From: Oligoflexales bacterium
GTDB taxonomy: Bacteria > Bdellovibrionota_B > Oligoflexia > Oligoflexales > Bog-1112
Assembly: GCA_045105515.1 (NCBI GenBank)
Contig: JBGCDR010000164.1
Span: 1 to 12,475 of the forward strand
Direction of reading: 5' to 3'
DNA: 12,475 nucleotides
Shown here: piece after piece, positions 1 to 7,538 of the stretch
Position numbering within the stretch: position 1 is the first letter of the stretch
Layout of the letters: the number at the start of each line of letters is the position of its first letter
Translations under genes and position numbers: made by a program
Notes under the pieces: generated by a model
Database searches by the model: none
Told to the model about the DNA's origin: nothing
Seen by the model: only the letters and a program-made list of their open reading frames with translations

Positions 1-216
1 TCACTTGTCTTTCCGGTAACATGAAAATAAACATATCAAGCCCTCCCAGAATTACGTTTGGGATCAGCTTATCAATATTTACATAATAATCATATAAAAT
101 AATAATATTAGCCGGTTAAAAAATTAGACAACTCTAGTAAACATATAGAGTATAAATAAATTCTTTCGACGGAGACGTTGTTATTTAATATTTTTATTAA
201 ATAGTTGGAGGAATAA

Positions 217-1050
217 ATGATTGTAAAAAATATAAAACATATTTTAACTTTTTTAGGGATCGGAATAGGAATTAGTTTGAATGGTATTGGCCTAGCAAAT
301 GACTGTTTAAGCCGCTATAAACAGCTAATTGCAAACCAAGTAGCTATGAATGGGGGGCAACTAGAGCATGTAAGTAATTCTGCTGCTGATAAGAATGATG
401 TAGAGGTTAGATATCTTTTAGAAGCTGCAAATAAGATTGAATCTGAGGAATGGGAATTTGGAGAGCATACTTCCATTGAAATGGAATATTTTTATTCTTT
501 GATTCTAAGCTTGGAAAATCCACAGATGGAGCCTGATACTCACTCGGCTCATGAAGAACTTCCAGTTTTATTGAGTCATATGGAGCTTGCACACATCTTG
601 AATGTTGGCTCAGCCAAAGGCTTTCTATGTGAAGGTCAACAACAGGGCATTAGTTTTTTTGATCCTATAAATAAGATCCGTAGTGACATTCGTGCAGGCC
701 TACTACCTAGCAAGGTGAGCTATGCAGAAGAGCAAGAGCTGCTTCAGCAAAATGATATCCAGCAGGCTCCAGAAGCCGAAGATGAAGGATTATTTAATTT
801 GGAGGACTTTAGCCACTTGAGACAAAATTCCTTTCTTTCGTTGACGACTCTGTCTGAAAGCTCGGAAATAGAGGATCAAGATCATGAGTCTGTTGGTGAA
901 CCTCAACTGTGTGAACTCAATCCTTTACCTGATCCATGTGAAGTAGAACCAATCGACCTTAGTGGTGAACCTCCGCTTGCACCGAGCCTTGAAGAGCGAG
1001 GAAAAAGTAAGGATCAGCATTTTTCTGAATTAGATAAACTTTATCGTTAG
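217..1050 (+). CDS. Hypothetical exported protein with acidic, Pro-rich C-terminal tail
   Basis: 277-aa ORF; strong RBS GGAGG just upstream of ATG 217; N-terminal signal-peptide-like stretch (MIVKNIKHILTFLGIGIGISLNGIGLA); E/D/P-rich last ~100 aa. No family recognised. Confidence 0.85.
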   Translation: MIVKNIKHILTFLGIGIGISLNGIGLANDCLSRYKQLIANQVAMNGGQLEHVSNSAADKNDVEVRYLLEAANKIESEEWEFGEHTSIEMEYFYSLILSLENPQMEPDTHSAHEELPVLLSHMELAHILNVGSAKGFLCEGQQQGISFFDPINKIRSDIRAGLLPSKVSYAEEQELLQQNDIQQAPEAEDEGLFNLEDFSHLRQNSFLSLTTLSESSEIEDQDHESVGEPQLCELNPLPDPCEVEPIDLSGEPPLAPSLEERGKSKDQHFSELDKLYR

Positions 1051-1265
1051 ATATGGGCCTTTAACTCTACTCCAATTCCTAAATTAACGAACATGTACAT
1101 TTCTTCATGTTCTGTCGTGAAAGGGTTCGGAGTATCTTTTATATTACTCCTCCTTTCCCTAAAGAGGATGCCTTTTCAGCCATTATATGAAAGGTTTTGG
1201 AAATGATGGCTAGTATAAAATCGGATTTGGGCATTATCTAATTCATCGAGTTAGAAAAATAATAG

Positions 1266-1287
1266 ACTGGAGTTGAAAACCTCCAGT
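1266..1287 (-). terminator. Probable intrinsic terminator of the iolE-like gene
   Basis: Perfect 7-bp inverted repeat ACTGGAG (1266-1272) / CTCCAGT (1281-1287), 20 nt past the stop codon, followed on the - strand by CTATTATTTTT. Confidence 0.55.
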
Positions 1288-1307
1288 TAGATAAAATATT
1301 CTTTATT

Positions 1308-2210
1308 CTATGCATATTTGAGCACAATCTTTTCGAGATATTTTCGACCTTTTCTCGCATACATAAATGGATCTGCCTTATAGGGATCTTGCTCCGCTTC
1401 AACGACTAACCATCCATTGTATCCAGATTCAATAATTTCATTTATAATCGGTTCAAACTCTAAACAACCATCACCTGGGACTGTGAAAATACCATGGAGT
1501 ACCGCATCCAAGAATGATATTTGATGGCTGTATGTGTTGAGAATTTCGCTGCGAACATCTTTGAGATGCACGTACACGATTCTCGAGGCATATTTTTTAA
1601 TAACATCTAGAGGATTGATACCAGCATAATAAAGGTTTCCAGTGTCCACGCAAAGGTTGAGTAATTCTGGTTTGGTTTCATCCATAATTCTGGTGATTTC
1701 ATCAAGATTTTGGATAACGGTCCCCACTTGATGCTGGTATGCAAGCTTGATATTAAAGTCGTTACAAATTATGCTTGCTTCATTCACACCCTGAAGGACT
1801 GCTTCCCATTCTCCTTCCGATAAATATGGTTTTTGGCAAAGAGGTTTTGATTTCTCATTATGGATTGAGCGAGTGCACTCAAATATCCTAATACATTCAG
1901 TTCCCATTTCCATTAAAAAATCAAGGCGTTTTTTTAGCCGATCATGTTCCTTTGCATGAGCATTTTTGTCTGCATAATATGTAGGATGATAACATGAAGC
2001 TAATTGAAGCTTGTATTGTTCCAACATTACCTTCAATTGTTTAGGATCATTTGGATATTTGTGTCCTACTTCAGTCCCCATATATCCTGCTTCCCTCATT
2101 TCAGCAAAACATGTGTCAAGGCTGATTTCCTTTCCAAGCTCGGGCATATCGTCATTGCACCAGTTGTTTGGAGCTATACCAATTTTAAATGATCTTGCTT
2201 CCATGCTCAT
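1308..2210 (-). CDS. iolE: Myo-inosose-2 dehydratase (IolE)-like sugar-phosphate isomerase/epimerase TIM-barrel protein, divergent active site
   Basis: IolE signatures: GIAPxxWxNDDMPELG, AGYxGTEVGxKYP, VHLKDVR, SFLDAVxxGIFTVPGDG, YNGWLVVEAEQDP. RBS AGAGG about 10 nt upstream of ATG 2210. Canonical YHHHMGT and DTGH read YQHQVGT and DTGN here. Confidence 0.85.
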   Translation of the reverse strand: MSMEARSFKIGIAPNNWCNDDMPELGKEISLDTCFAEMREAGYMGTEVGHKYPNDPKQLKVMLEQYKLQLASCYHPTYYADKNAHAKEHDRLKKRLDFLMEMGTECIRIFECTRSIHNEKSKPLCQKPYLSEGEWEAVLQGVNEASIICNDFNIKLAYQHQVGTVIQNLDEITRIMDETKPELLNLCVDTGNLYYAGINPLDVIKKYASRIVYVHLKDVRSEILNTYSHQISFLDAVLHGIFTVPGDGCLEFEPIINEIIESGYNGWLVVEAEQDPYKADPFMYARKGRKYLEKIVLKYA

Positions 2211-2232
2211 CTTAGTTAGCCTCTAGTTTGGG

Positions 2233-2349
2233 TTAATAAAGTTCTATTTGCTCAGTACATCTAATAAATTCTGAATTGAGTTGATCTAAATTTTCTTCGC
2301 TTACTAACAGTTTTGCAGGTTCACAATTGACATTTTTCCGTATTTCCAT
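2233..2349 (-). CDS. Possible 38-aa small ORF upstream of iolE (MEIRKNVNCEPAKLLVSEENLDQLNSEFIRCTEQIELY)
   Basis: Read manually: ATG at 2349, TAA at 2235-2233, ending 22 nt before the iolE start on the same strand. Composition is protein-like but there is no clear RBS. Confidence 0.2.
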   Translation of the reverse strand: MEIRKNVNCEPAKLLVSEENLDQLNSEFIRCTEQIELY

Positions 2350-2614
2350 ATGGGTTAATCTTTTAGAAATAGGTTTAAATACATCTTAGTGCAGGCATAT
2401 TTAATAGATAATAGCGGAAGCACGCAACCAGTTTTTACTACTAAAAAAAATCAGTTACAGAAAATACACCAGTAATTTTATACTTGTATGATTGCCTCCA
2501 TGAATATGTCACACCTTTATTAAGATATTAGGAATGATGGGAAAAAGAAGAAATTCCTCCCAAAGAATTTAGGTGGGTTTTAATCTGGTTGAGAGTTTTG
2601 AGAATTTAATTTTT

Positions 2615-3475
2615 TTAAAGGCCTGGAATTTTAATGGTCCAAGGTTGCCAACCAGAAATTAAAATTGCCGTTGTTAATATAGAAACTACAAGAATACCAA
2701 CTTTATCACTAACCACATTCCATTGATTTCTGGGTCCAAAAACCATCATGCCTGCAGGTGCAATAGCAAGTAACATCAAAGATTTTGCCATGGCTCCAGA
2801 AATTGGAAGTAAGTTGATTGCAAGCAGAGCGACAGCAAAACCGATTATCATTCGTGTTGAAAGGGATGCAGCTAAGTCAGCAATTTTGAGACCTTTGAAC
2901 GGATGCAAAAAAGCTCCTAAATATAGTAACATTAATGGCGCAGCAGCTGCGTACATAGGCTTAAAAACAAGATCTAAATAAGGGATTCTTACATTAGCTA
3001 GCCCTACTCCAATTCCAATTACTGCAGCAATAATCCATGGCTCTCTCCACACTTTTTCCCAGTAACGTTTGTTTGGTTGTACTAATATTTGAGCGATGCT
3101 TGCACCTAGCAAAAAGGAGCAGGCAGTTTGCAAACCTTTGGAGTTTAAAACGACCATGAAGAATGGAATGGTAAAATAGGCAACGTTTGGAAAAGATCCT
3201 TCTATGTTGATATCTTTCTTTGAAACTTTTTTAAGTCCACGCATAAGTAGATTTCCACCAATGACCATTAGTGCACCTGTTAATGCTATGTAGCCAAAGC
3301 TTGTAAAATTGAATCGTCCTGAACTTGAGAGGCTGTGAAAGACTACAGCAGGTAAAAATAAAAACCTTACTAAGGGAAATACATTAACTGCATTTAGACT
3401 CGAAAACCGGGCTAACAAATAGCCTATTATTATGGGCACAAAAAAAGGCACATAAGCATTTAAAATACTAACCAT
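2615..3475 (-). CDS. AEC (auxin efflux carrier / malate permease-like) family membrane transporter
   Basis: Multi-pass hydrophobic protein; PxxIGYLL start, LFLPAVVFxSL, FPNVAYFTIP, EPWIIAAVIG, PLMLLYLG, LAIAPAG resemble the AEC repeat pattern. Start moved from 3511 to ATG 3475, which follows RBS GAGGA. Confidence 0.75.
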   Translation of the reverse strand: MVSILNAYVPFFVPIIIGYLLARFSSLNAVNVFPLVRFLFLPAVVFHSLSSSGRFNFTSFGYIALTGALMVIGGNLLMRGLKKVSKKDINIEGSFPNVAYFTIPFFMVVLNSKGLQTACSFLLGASIAQILVQPNKRYWEKVWREPWIIAAVIGIGVGLANVRIPYLDLVFKPMYAAAAPLMLLYLGAFLHPFKGLKIADLAASLSTRMIIGFAVALLAINLLPISGAMAKSLMLLAIAPAGMMVFGPRNQWNVVSDKVGILVVSILTTAILISGWQPWTIKIPGL

Positions 3476-3588
3476 TGTTAAAAATTCCTCTATTATTAAC
3501 AAAATTAACATGAATTTTGGCCTAAAAATTCGTTGAATCTCGACGGCCTTGGATTTTTATATATCGATAAAGCAAAAAATCAGAGCCC

Positions 3589-3616
3589 GTATCGGCATTT
3601 TTTCGGAATAATCTGA
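3589..3616 (-). promoter_or_regulatory. Sigma-28 (FliA)-like promoter upstream of the AEC transporter
   Basis: - strand TCAG-N16-GCCGATAC versus consensus TAAA-N15-GCCGATAA. Confidence 0.45.
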
Positions 3617-3697
3617 AGATTTAGGTGAATAAGTGTTCGCAAAAAGACGCAAAAAATTGACAAATTGGATAATATTCCAATTTTATGTATTAAATAT

Positions 3698-5494
3698 TTA
3701 GAACTCCGCTATTAGAATTTCTTGGTAAGGGTCAAAAAATTCACCTTTTAGAGAAAGAGTAATCCCAGCATCTTGCAACTTATTTGTATAGAAATGTAGA
3801 GTAAAACGATTCTTGCTGATTAAATTACCTAGCTCAGAAATAGCTTTGCTGAGCTTACCTTTTTTACCATAATTTCGATAATTTTCTATCCTTGCAGCTA
3901 CGGAAAAAATCTCTTCAACAATATTTTTAGTTTGTCTTAGAACTTTCTTTTGGCAATTAAAATTTCGCGAACAAGTGCGGGTGGGATTTGCATCTGATAT
4001 AAAAAATTGTTCAATTTCCGTTTGTAAGGAATAATGAATTTCGGCGGGGGATCGAGCAAATATACTCTGGATGATTTTTTCAAGTGCTATGGAATTAAAT
4101 TCGATATCAAGCTCTACTCTGGCATAACCCTTCTTTTCAAAAATGAGATGGTTTAGAGAGGGCATCGTTAGTCCATAAAAATCACCGATCTTAGCAATTT
4201 TTTCTTTCAAACTGATAGCATTGATCTGATCATTTTCATAAAACCATTTGAAGGTACCCATCTGGTGTAGATTGGGATCCAACAACTCAGTGACCATAGA
4301 CATAAACATTATATGGTCACGCTTGTGGTGACTTAAAACACCTCTGGTATTTGAGGAAGTCGCATTCATAGCTGTATAGGTCAAGGTGCTGGATTTAGAG
4401 TCAGGTAAAAATTTATCAATCTGAGATTTACTATGGGATTTCATAGTATCTTTATCTACTTGGTATAAGAATGGAATTCCAGCAATGGTATTACCCATGG
4501 AACCACCAGTTTTGTTCCTTGCTTTATGCATTGCACTTATTCCTGGTCTCAAGGTTTGTGCAGTTCTGATGTTTAGTTTACCGCTTATAAAATCACGAAA
4601 ATATTCTATCGCATTAGACTGGCTAAAATCAAAAACTAAGGTGTTGACCCTATGTCTGTGCTGTAAAACATGTGTCATCGCAAAGGTGACAGGAGTTCCC
4701 ACTAATAGGCCCTCTGCATTCTTATGATCTCGTGCAATATCGACCTGAAGGAGATTTGCACCAATTTTTTCGTATTTCACTTTTTTAATGTTTTGATACA
4801 TATACATTCCAGAAGCTTGGCAAAAAATTGTGAACCCTACTCCAGCAGTGCACATTGTTCCCCCTCTCGAGGTGTACGAAAGAGTGTCTCCCTGATTCCA
4901 AGTCTCAAGATCAGAAATTGACTTTGGCACCTTTAGCTCTAGTTTTCCTTTAGCTTTTTCATAGGAGTTTACATGTACTTCTTGATAGTAGTCCCCACCT
5001 ATCATATGCATTAGCCCTGCATGGACAAACCAGTGAGTCGGAATTAGACCCATTATCATCATTCCAGCACCCATATCTAAATGGGAGGCTCGGGAAATCT
5101 TGTAGCCGTCACCACAACCGGTATCATCACATATTTGAAAGCCAAGCTTGATAAGCTTCTTGAGTTTATCTCCACCAAAACTAATCATCGGCATCAAGTG
5201 CCAAGCAATTCCATGATTCATTCCGGCGTGGGGCATGCTAGAGCTACCATGGTCATCTTGATGCATATTGCCAGATTCCATACCACCATTCATGCCTCCC
5301 ATACTATGTCTACCATACGCGATGCCATACATTACCATTCCATCGAAGCCAATCATAATGGGGAGAGAGAACATATGGGAGTGCATCATGGCATCATAAT
5401 TTGATGCCGAAGAAGTGCTGGAATTGTGGGCATAAGCAGATATGGGCGTGCATAATAAAAGGCTGATTAGTATTCTACAAAAAAAACGAAACAT
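3698..5494 (-). CDS. Exported Met/His-rich hypothetical protein
   Basis: 608-aa ORF from 5524; likely start ATG 5494 (AGGA upstream), giving the signal peptide MFRFFCRILISLLLCTPISAYA. N-terminal part is very Met/His rich, middle is beta-strand-like, C-terminus helical. No family recognised. Confidence 0.85.
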   Translation of the reverse strand: MFRFFCRILISLLLCTPISAYAHNSSTSSASNYDAMMHSHMFSLPIMIGFDGMVMYGIAYGRHSMGGMNGGMESGNMHQDDHGSSSMPHAGMNHGIAWHLMPMISFGGDKLKKLIKLGFQICDDTGCGDGYKISRASHLDMGAGMMIMGLIPTHWFVHAGLMHMIGGDYYQEVHVNSYEKAKGKLELKVPKSISDLETWNQGDTLSYTSRGGTMCTAGVGFTIFCQASGMYMYQNIKKVKYEKIGANLLQVDIARDHKNAEGLLVGTPVTFAMTHVLQHRHRVNTLVFDFSQSNAIEYFRDFISGKLNIRTAQTLRPGISAMHKARNKTGGSMGNTIAGIPFLYQVDKDTMKSHSKSQIDKFLPDSKSSTLTYTAMNATSSNTRGVLSHHKRDHIMFMSMVTELLDPNLHQMGTFKWFYENDQINAISLKEKIAKIGDFYGLTMPSLNHLIFEKKGYARVELDIEFNSIALEKIIQSIFARSPAEIHYSLQTEIEQFFISDANPTRTCSRNFNCQKKVLRQTKNIVEEIFSVAARIENYRNYGKKGKLSKAISELGNLISKNRFTLHFYTNKLQDAGITLSLKGEFFDPYQEILIAEF

Positions 5495-5530
5495 AATCGA
5501 TATTCCTGGAAAGAAAAGGTTCATGTTGTA

Positions 5531-5570
5531 ATAAGTGCTTAACTTATAGAGGCGAGACTTCCTTGGTCAA
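5531..5570 (-). promoter_or_regulatory. Sigma-70-like promoter with overlapping palindrome
   Basis: - strand TTGACC (5570-5565)-N16-TATAAG (5548-5543); inverted repeat ATAAGT-N5-ACTTAT at 5531-5547 overlaps the -10 box. Confidence 0.35.
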
Positions 5571-5640
5571 TGCAGCAAGAGGTTGCATCACGCTAAAGTG
5601 ACTTGGAGTTTCTTATTCATGTAATACTGGGCTTAGGTTG

Positions 5641-6693
5641 TTAGAAGGGGTTAAATTCCCCTGGAATGACAATGCTGATGCTTGAGGATGGATCGTCTTC
5701 GCTCACCAATTTTAGCTCTCCTAGGTTGGTCAGTATAAGGATAGGGTCCTGGGCAAATTGGTTGTTTTGAGTCCCAAAGCAAATATCTCTGCTACGTCTA
5801 TCACGGTCAATAGTTCGGATGCATAAATTATGATCGGGCTGTATCCTGAGGCGGTAATCACGGCCACGGCCTTCATAAGTTGTACCAGTAGCACCGACTG
5901 AATCTCCACCAGGATTGCTGCGAACCACTAAGTTTCGATCATTTTGTAAAAAAAGACAATACTGCCCGTTGAGGGAACATGGTCTAGGTGAATCAGTATC
6001 TAAGGTCTCTCCAGGCATAAGAATGACAACATACTCTATTTCAGCTACTTGCTGATCGGTGCTCTCTTCATTCACAGCAGGAACAGAAGATTCAGTTTCT
6101 TGAATTTCTTCAACTTGATTAGGAAGTCCTTCCTCTGATTGTGCTTGCGATTCATTGGTTCCAGACGTAGCTTCTTTTGTGAGGCCAAATGCGTCCATAG
6201 GGTCTGAGTGTTGGCCTGTTCCCGTTTTTGCATCTAAAATAGCAATTGAAATTGTATTAGAATCCTGTAATTCTACTTTAAGTTTGATATGATATGCGTC
6301 AATGATCGAATAACTAAAGTCTAAGCTATTGTCATATTCATCTTTCACAAGAATTTCAAATTCTCCTACTGACGAGATGTCCACTTTATTACCGTCTTTT
6401 TCAAAGTAGCAGGAAATATCAGCAGATCTGCTAGCTAAATCCGAGCTTAAGTTATTACATACTAAGAATGATCCAGAAATGACTGCAGGAGGAACTGCTA
6501 CGATCTCTTCTTCAGCATCATCATCGTCAGGTTCTAGCTGGTCTTCATTAGAATCCTGATCTGCTATAGCATCCTTAGATAGTATATTAGAATTCCCACT
6601 GTTGCTCTTACCTGGTTTAAAACTCTGAGAGGAGCATGATAGGCAGAACAACAAAATAAAATATCCGGCAAACATTACTAGATTTCGAGGCAT
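5641..6693 (-). CDS. Lipoprotein with C-terminal bulb-type (B-) lectin domain
   Basis: Lipobox-like LLFCLS-C; two acidic linkers; C-terminal LxPGETL...SLNGQYCLFLQNDRNLVV...LRIQPDHNLCI...LILTNLGELKL matches the three-repeat beta-prism II pattern. Confidence 0.8.
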   Translation of the reverse strand: MPRNLVMFAGYFILLFCLSCSSQSFKPGKSNSGNSNILSKDAIADQDSNEDQLEPDDDDAEEEIVAVPPAVISGSFLVCNNLSSDLASRSADISCYFEKDGNKVDISSVGEFEILVKDEYDNSLDFSYSIIDAYHIKLKVELQDSNTISIAILDAKTGTGQHSDPMDAFGLTKEATSGTNESQAQSEEGLPNQVEEIQETESSVPAVNEESTDQQVAEIEYVVILMPGETLDTDSPRPCSLNGQYCLFLQNDRNLVVRSNPGGDSVGATGTTYEGRGRDYRLRIQPDHNLCIRTIDRDRRSRDICFGTQNNQFAQDPILILTNLGELKLVSEDDPSSSISIVIPGEFNPF

Positions 6694-6758
6694 AATGGTC
6701 CCTAAAGCGTTTTTGGCCTTTTTTCATAAAGGCCTGAACTAGAGTTAACTACATATCC

Positions 6759-6785
6759 GGTTCGGCCTTAATGATAGCTGACTTA
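6759..6785 (-). promoter_or_regulatory. Sigma-28 (FliA)-like promoter upstream of the B-lectin lipoprotein
   Basis: - strand TAAG-N15-GCCGAACC, about 65 nt upstream of ATG 6693. Confidence 0.5.
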
Positions 6786-6887
6786 ATAAGAACTATTTTA
6801 TCGAATATTATCATGTTACTGTATGGTGTGTTAAAGATAGGAAAGTGACGGCTGTCAAGTTCTTCGCTTTAGAAAAAGCTAAACAAA

Positions 6888-7334
6888 TCAGCCTTGTGCC
6901 TCAATCACTTCAAGGCCTTTTATAGCTTCAAGGTCTTCTATAGATTTGGCCCTCTGTATCTCCTCAATAGTATTCTCCAAGTTTTCTTGATCGCCGTAAA
7001 TGAGCATACAAACCCGTAACCCGAGTCTTGCTCCCCAATAGTAACCGACTGGAATCCCGAGGATAGGTAAACCTGCAATTGCGCCTAGCATACTAGCCTT
7101 ATCTTTCCAAGTAGCTTTGGGGTTGAGAATAATTACTGGAACCCCTATTGGGGAGATTATTAGAGTAGCGGTACTTCCTAACAAGAAGCCTGCTGCACCA
7201 CCTGCTAATATGCTGGTTCCGAGGATGCCTTCGTAGATCTTTTCTTTAAAGGTATTTTCTTTTGCGTATGAACTTTTTGTTCCCGATAAATAACAAATAC
7301 TAATAACCATAAAAAATATTAGGAATTTTTTCAT
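6888..7334 (-). CDS. Small exported/membrane protein with glycine-rich hydrophobic segments
   Basis: 148 aa; RBS GGGAG; signal peptide MKKFLIFF...SYA; two Gly-rich hydrophobic stretches (GILGTSILAGGAAGFLLG; LGAIAGLPILGIPVGYYWG); charged helical tail. Confidence 0.8.
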   Translation of the reverse strand: MKKFLIFFMVISICYLSGTKSSYAKENTFKEKIYEGILGTSILAGGAAGFLLGSTATLIISPIGVPVIILNPKATWKDKASMLGAIAGLPILGIPVGYYWGARLGLRVCMLIYGDQENLENTIEEIQRAKSIEDLEAIKGLEVIEAQG

Positions 7335-7538
7335 AAGATGCTCCCGAAATTAAAATATTAAAGCCATTTTAATCATTCACTAAACGAATTTTCAATTGAA
7401 TTCAAGAAGAGAATAGGGTTTGAGAGCAAGCTGGTTCTAGCTTGTTCTGGAATTTGGGGTGTCGTGTGCTTTAACTTGTTTATTATTGCTTGATGTTTTA
7501 GGATTGCTTCCCCGTTAGCTTATTTTGTAGAGAAAAAT

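Noticed and set aside
407..4921. Short ORFs 407-592, 2004-2192, 2011-2226, 2748-2981, 4485-4727, 4724-4921
   Set aside because: Antisense shadows inside well-supported genes, with no recognisable motifs.
5081..5404. 107-aa His-rich + strand ORF
   Set aside because: It is in exact codon register opposite the Met/His-rich gene; ATG (Met) and CAT (His) are reverse complements, so its composition is a mirror artefact.
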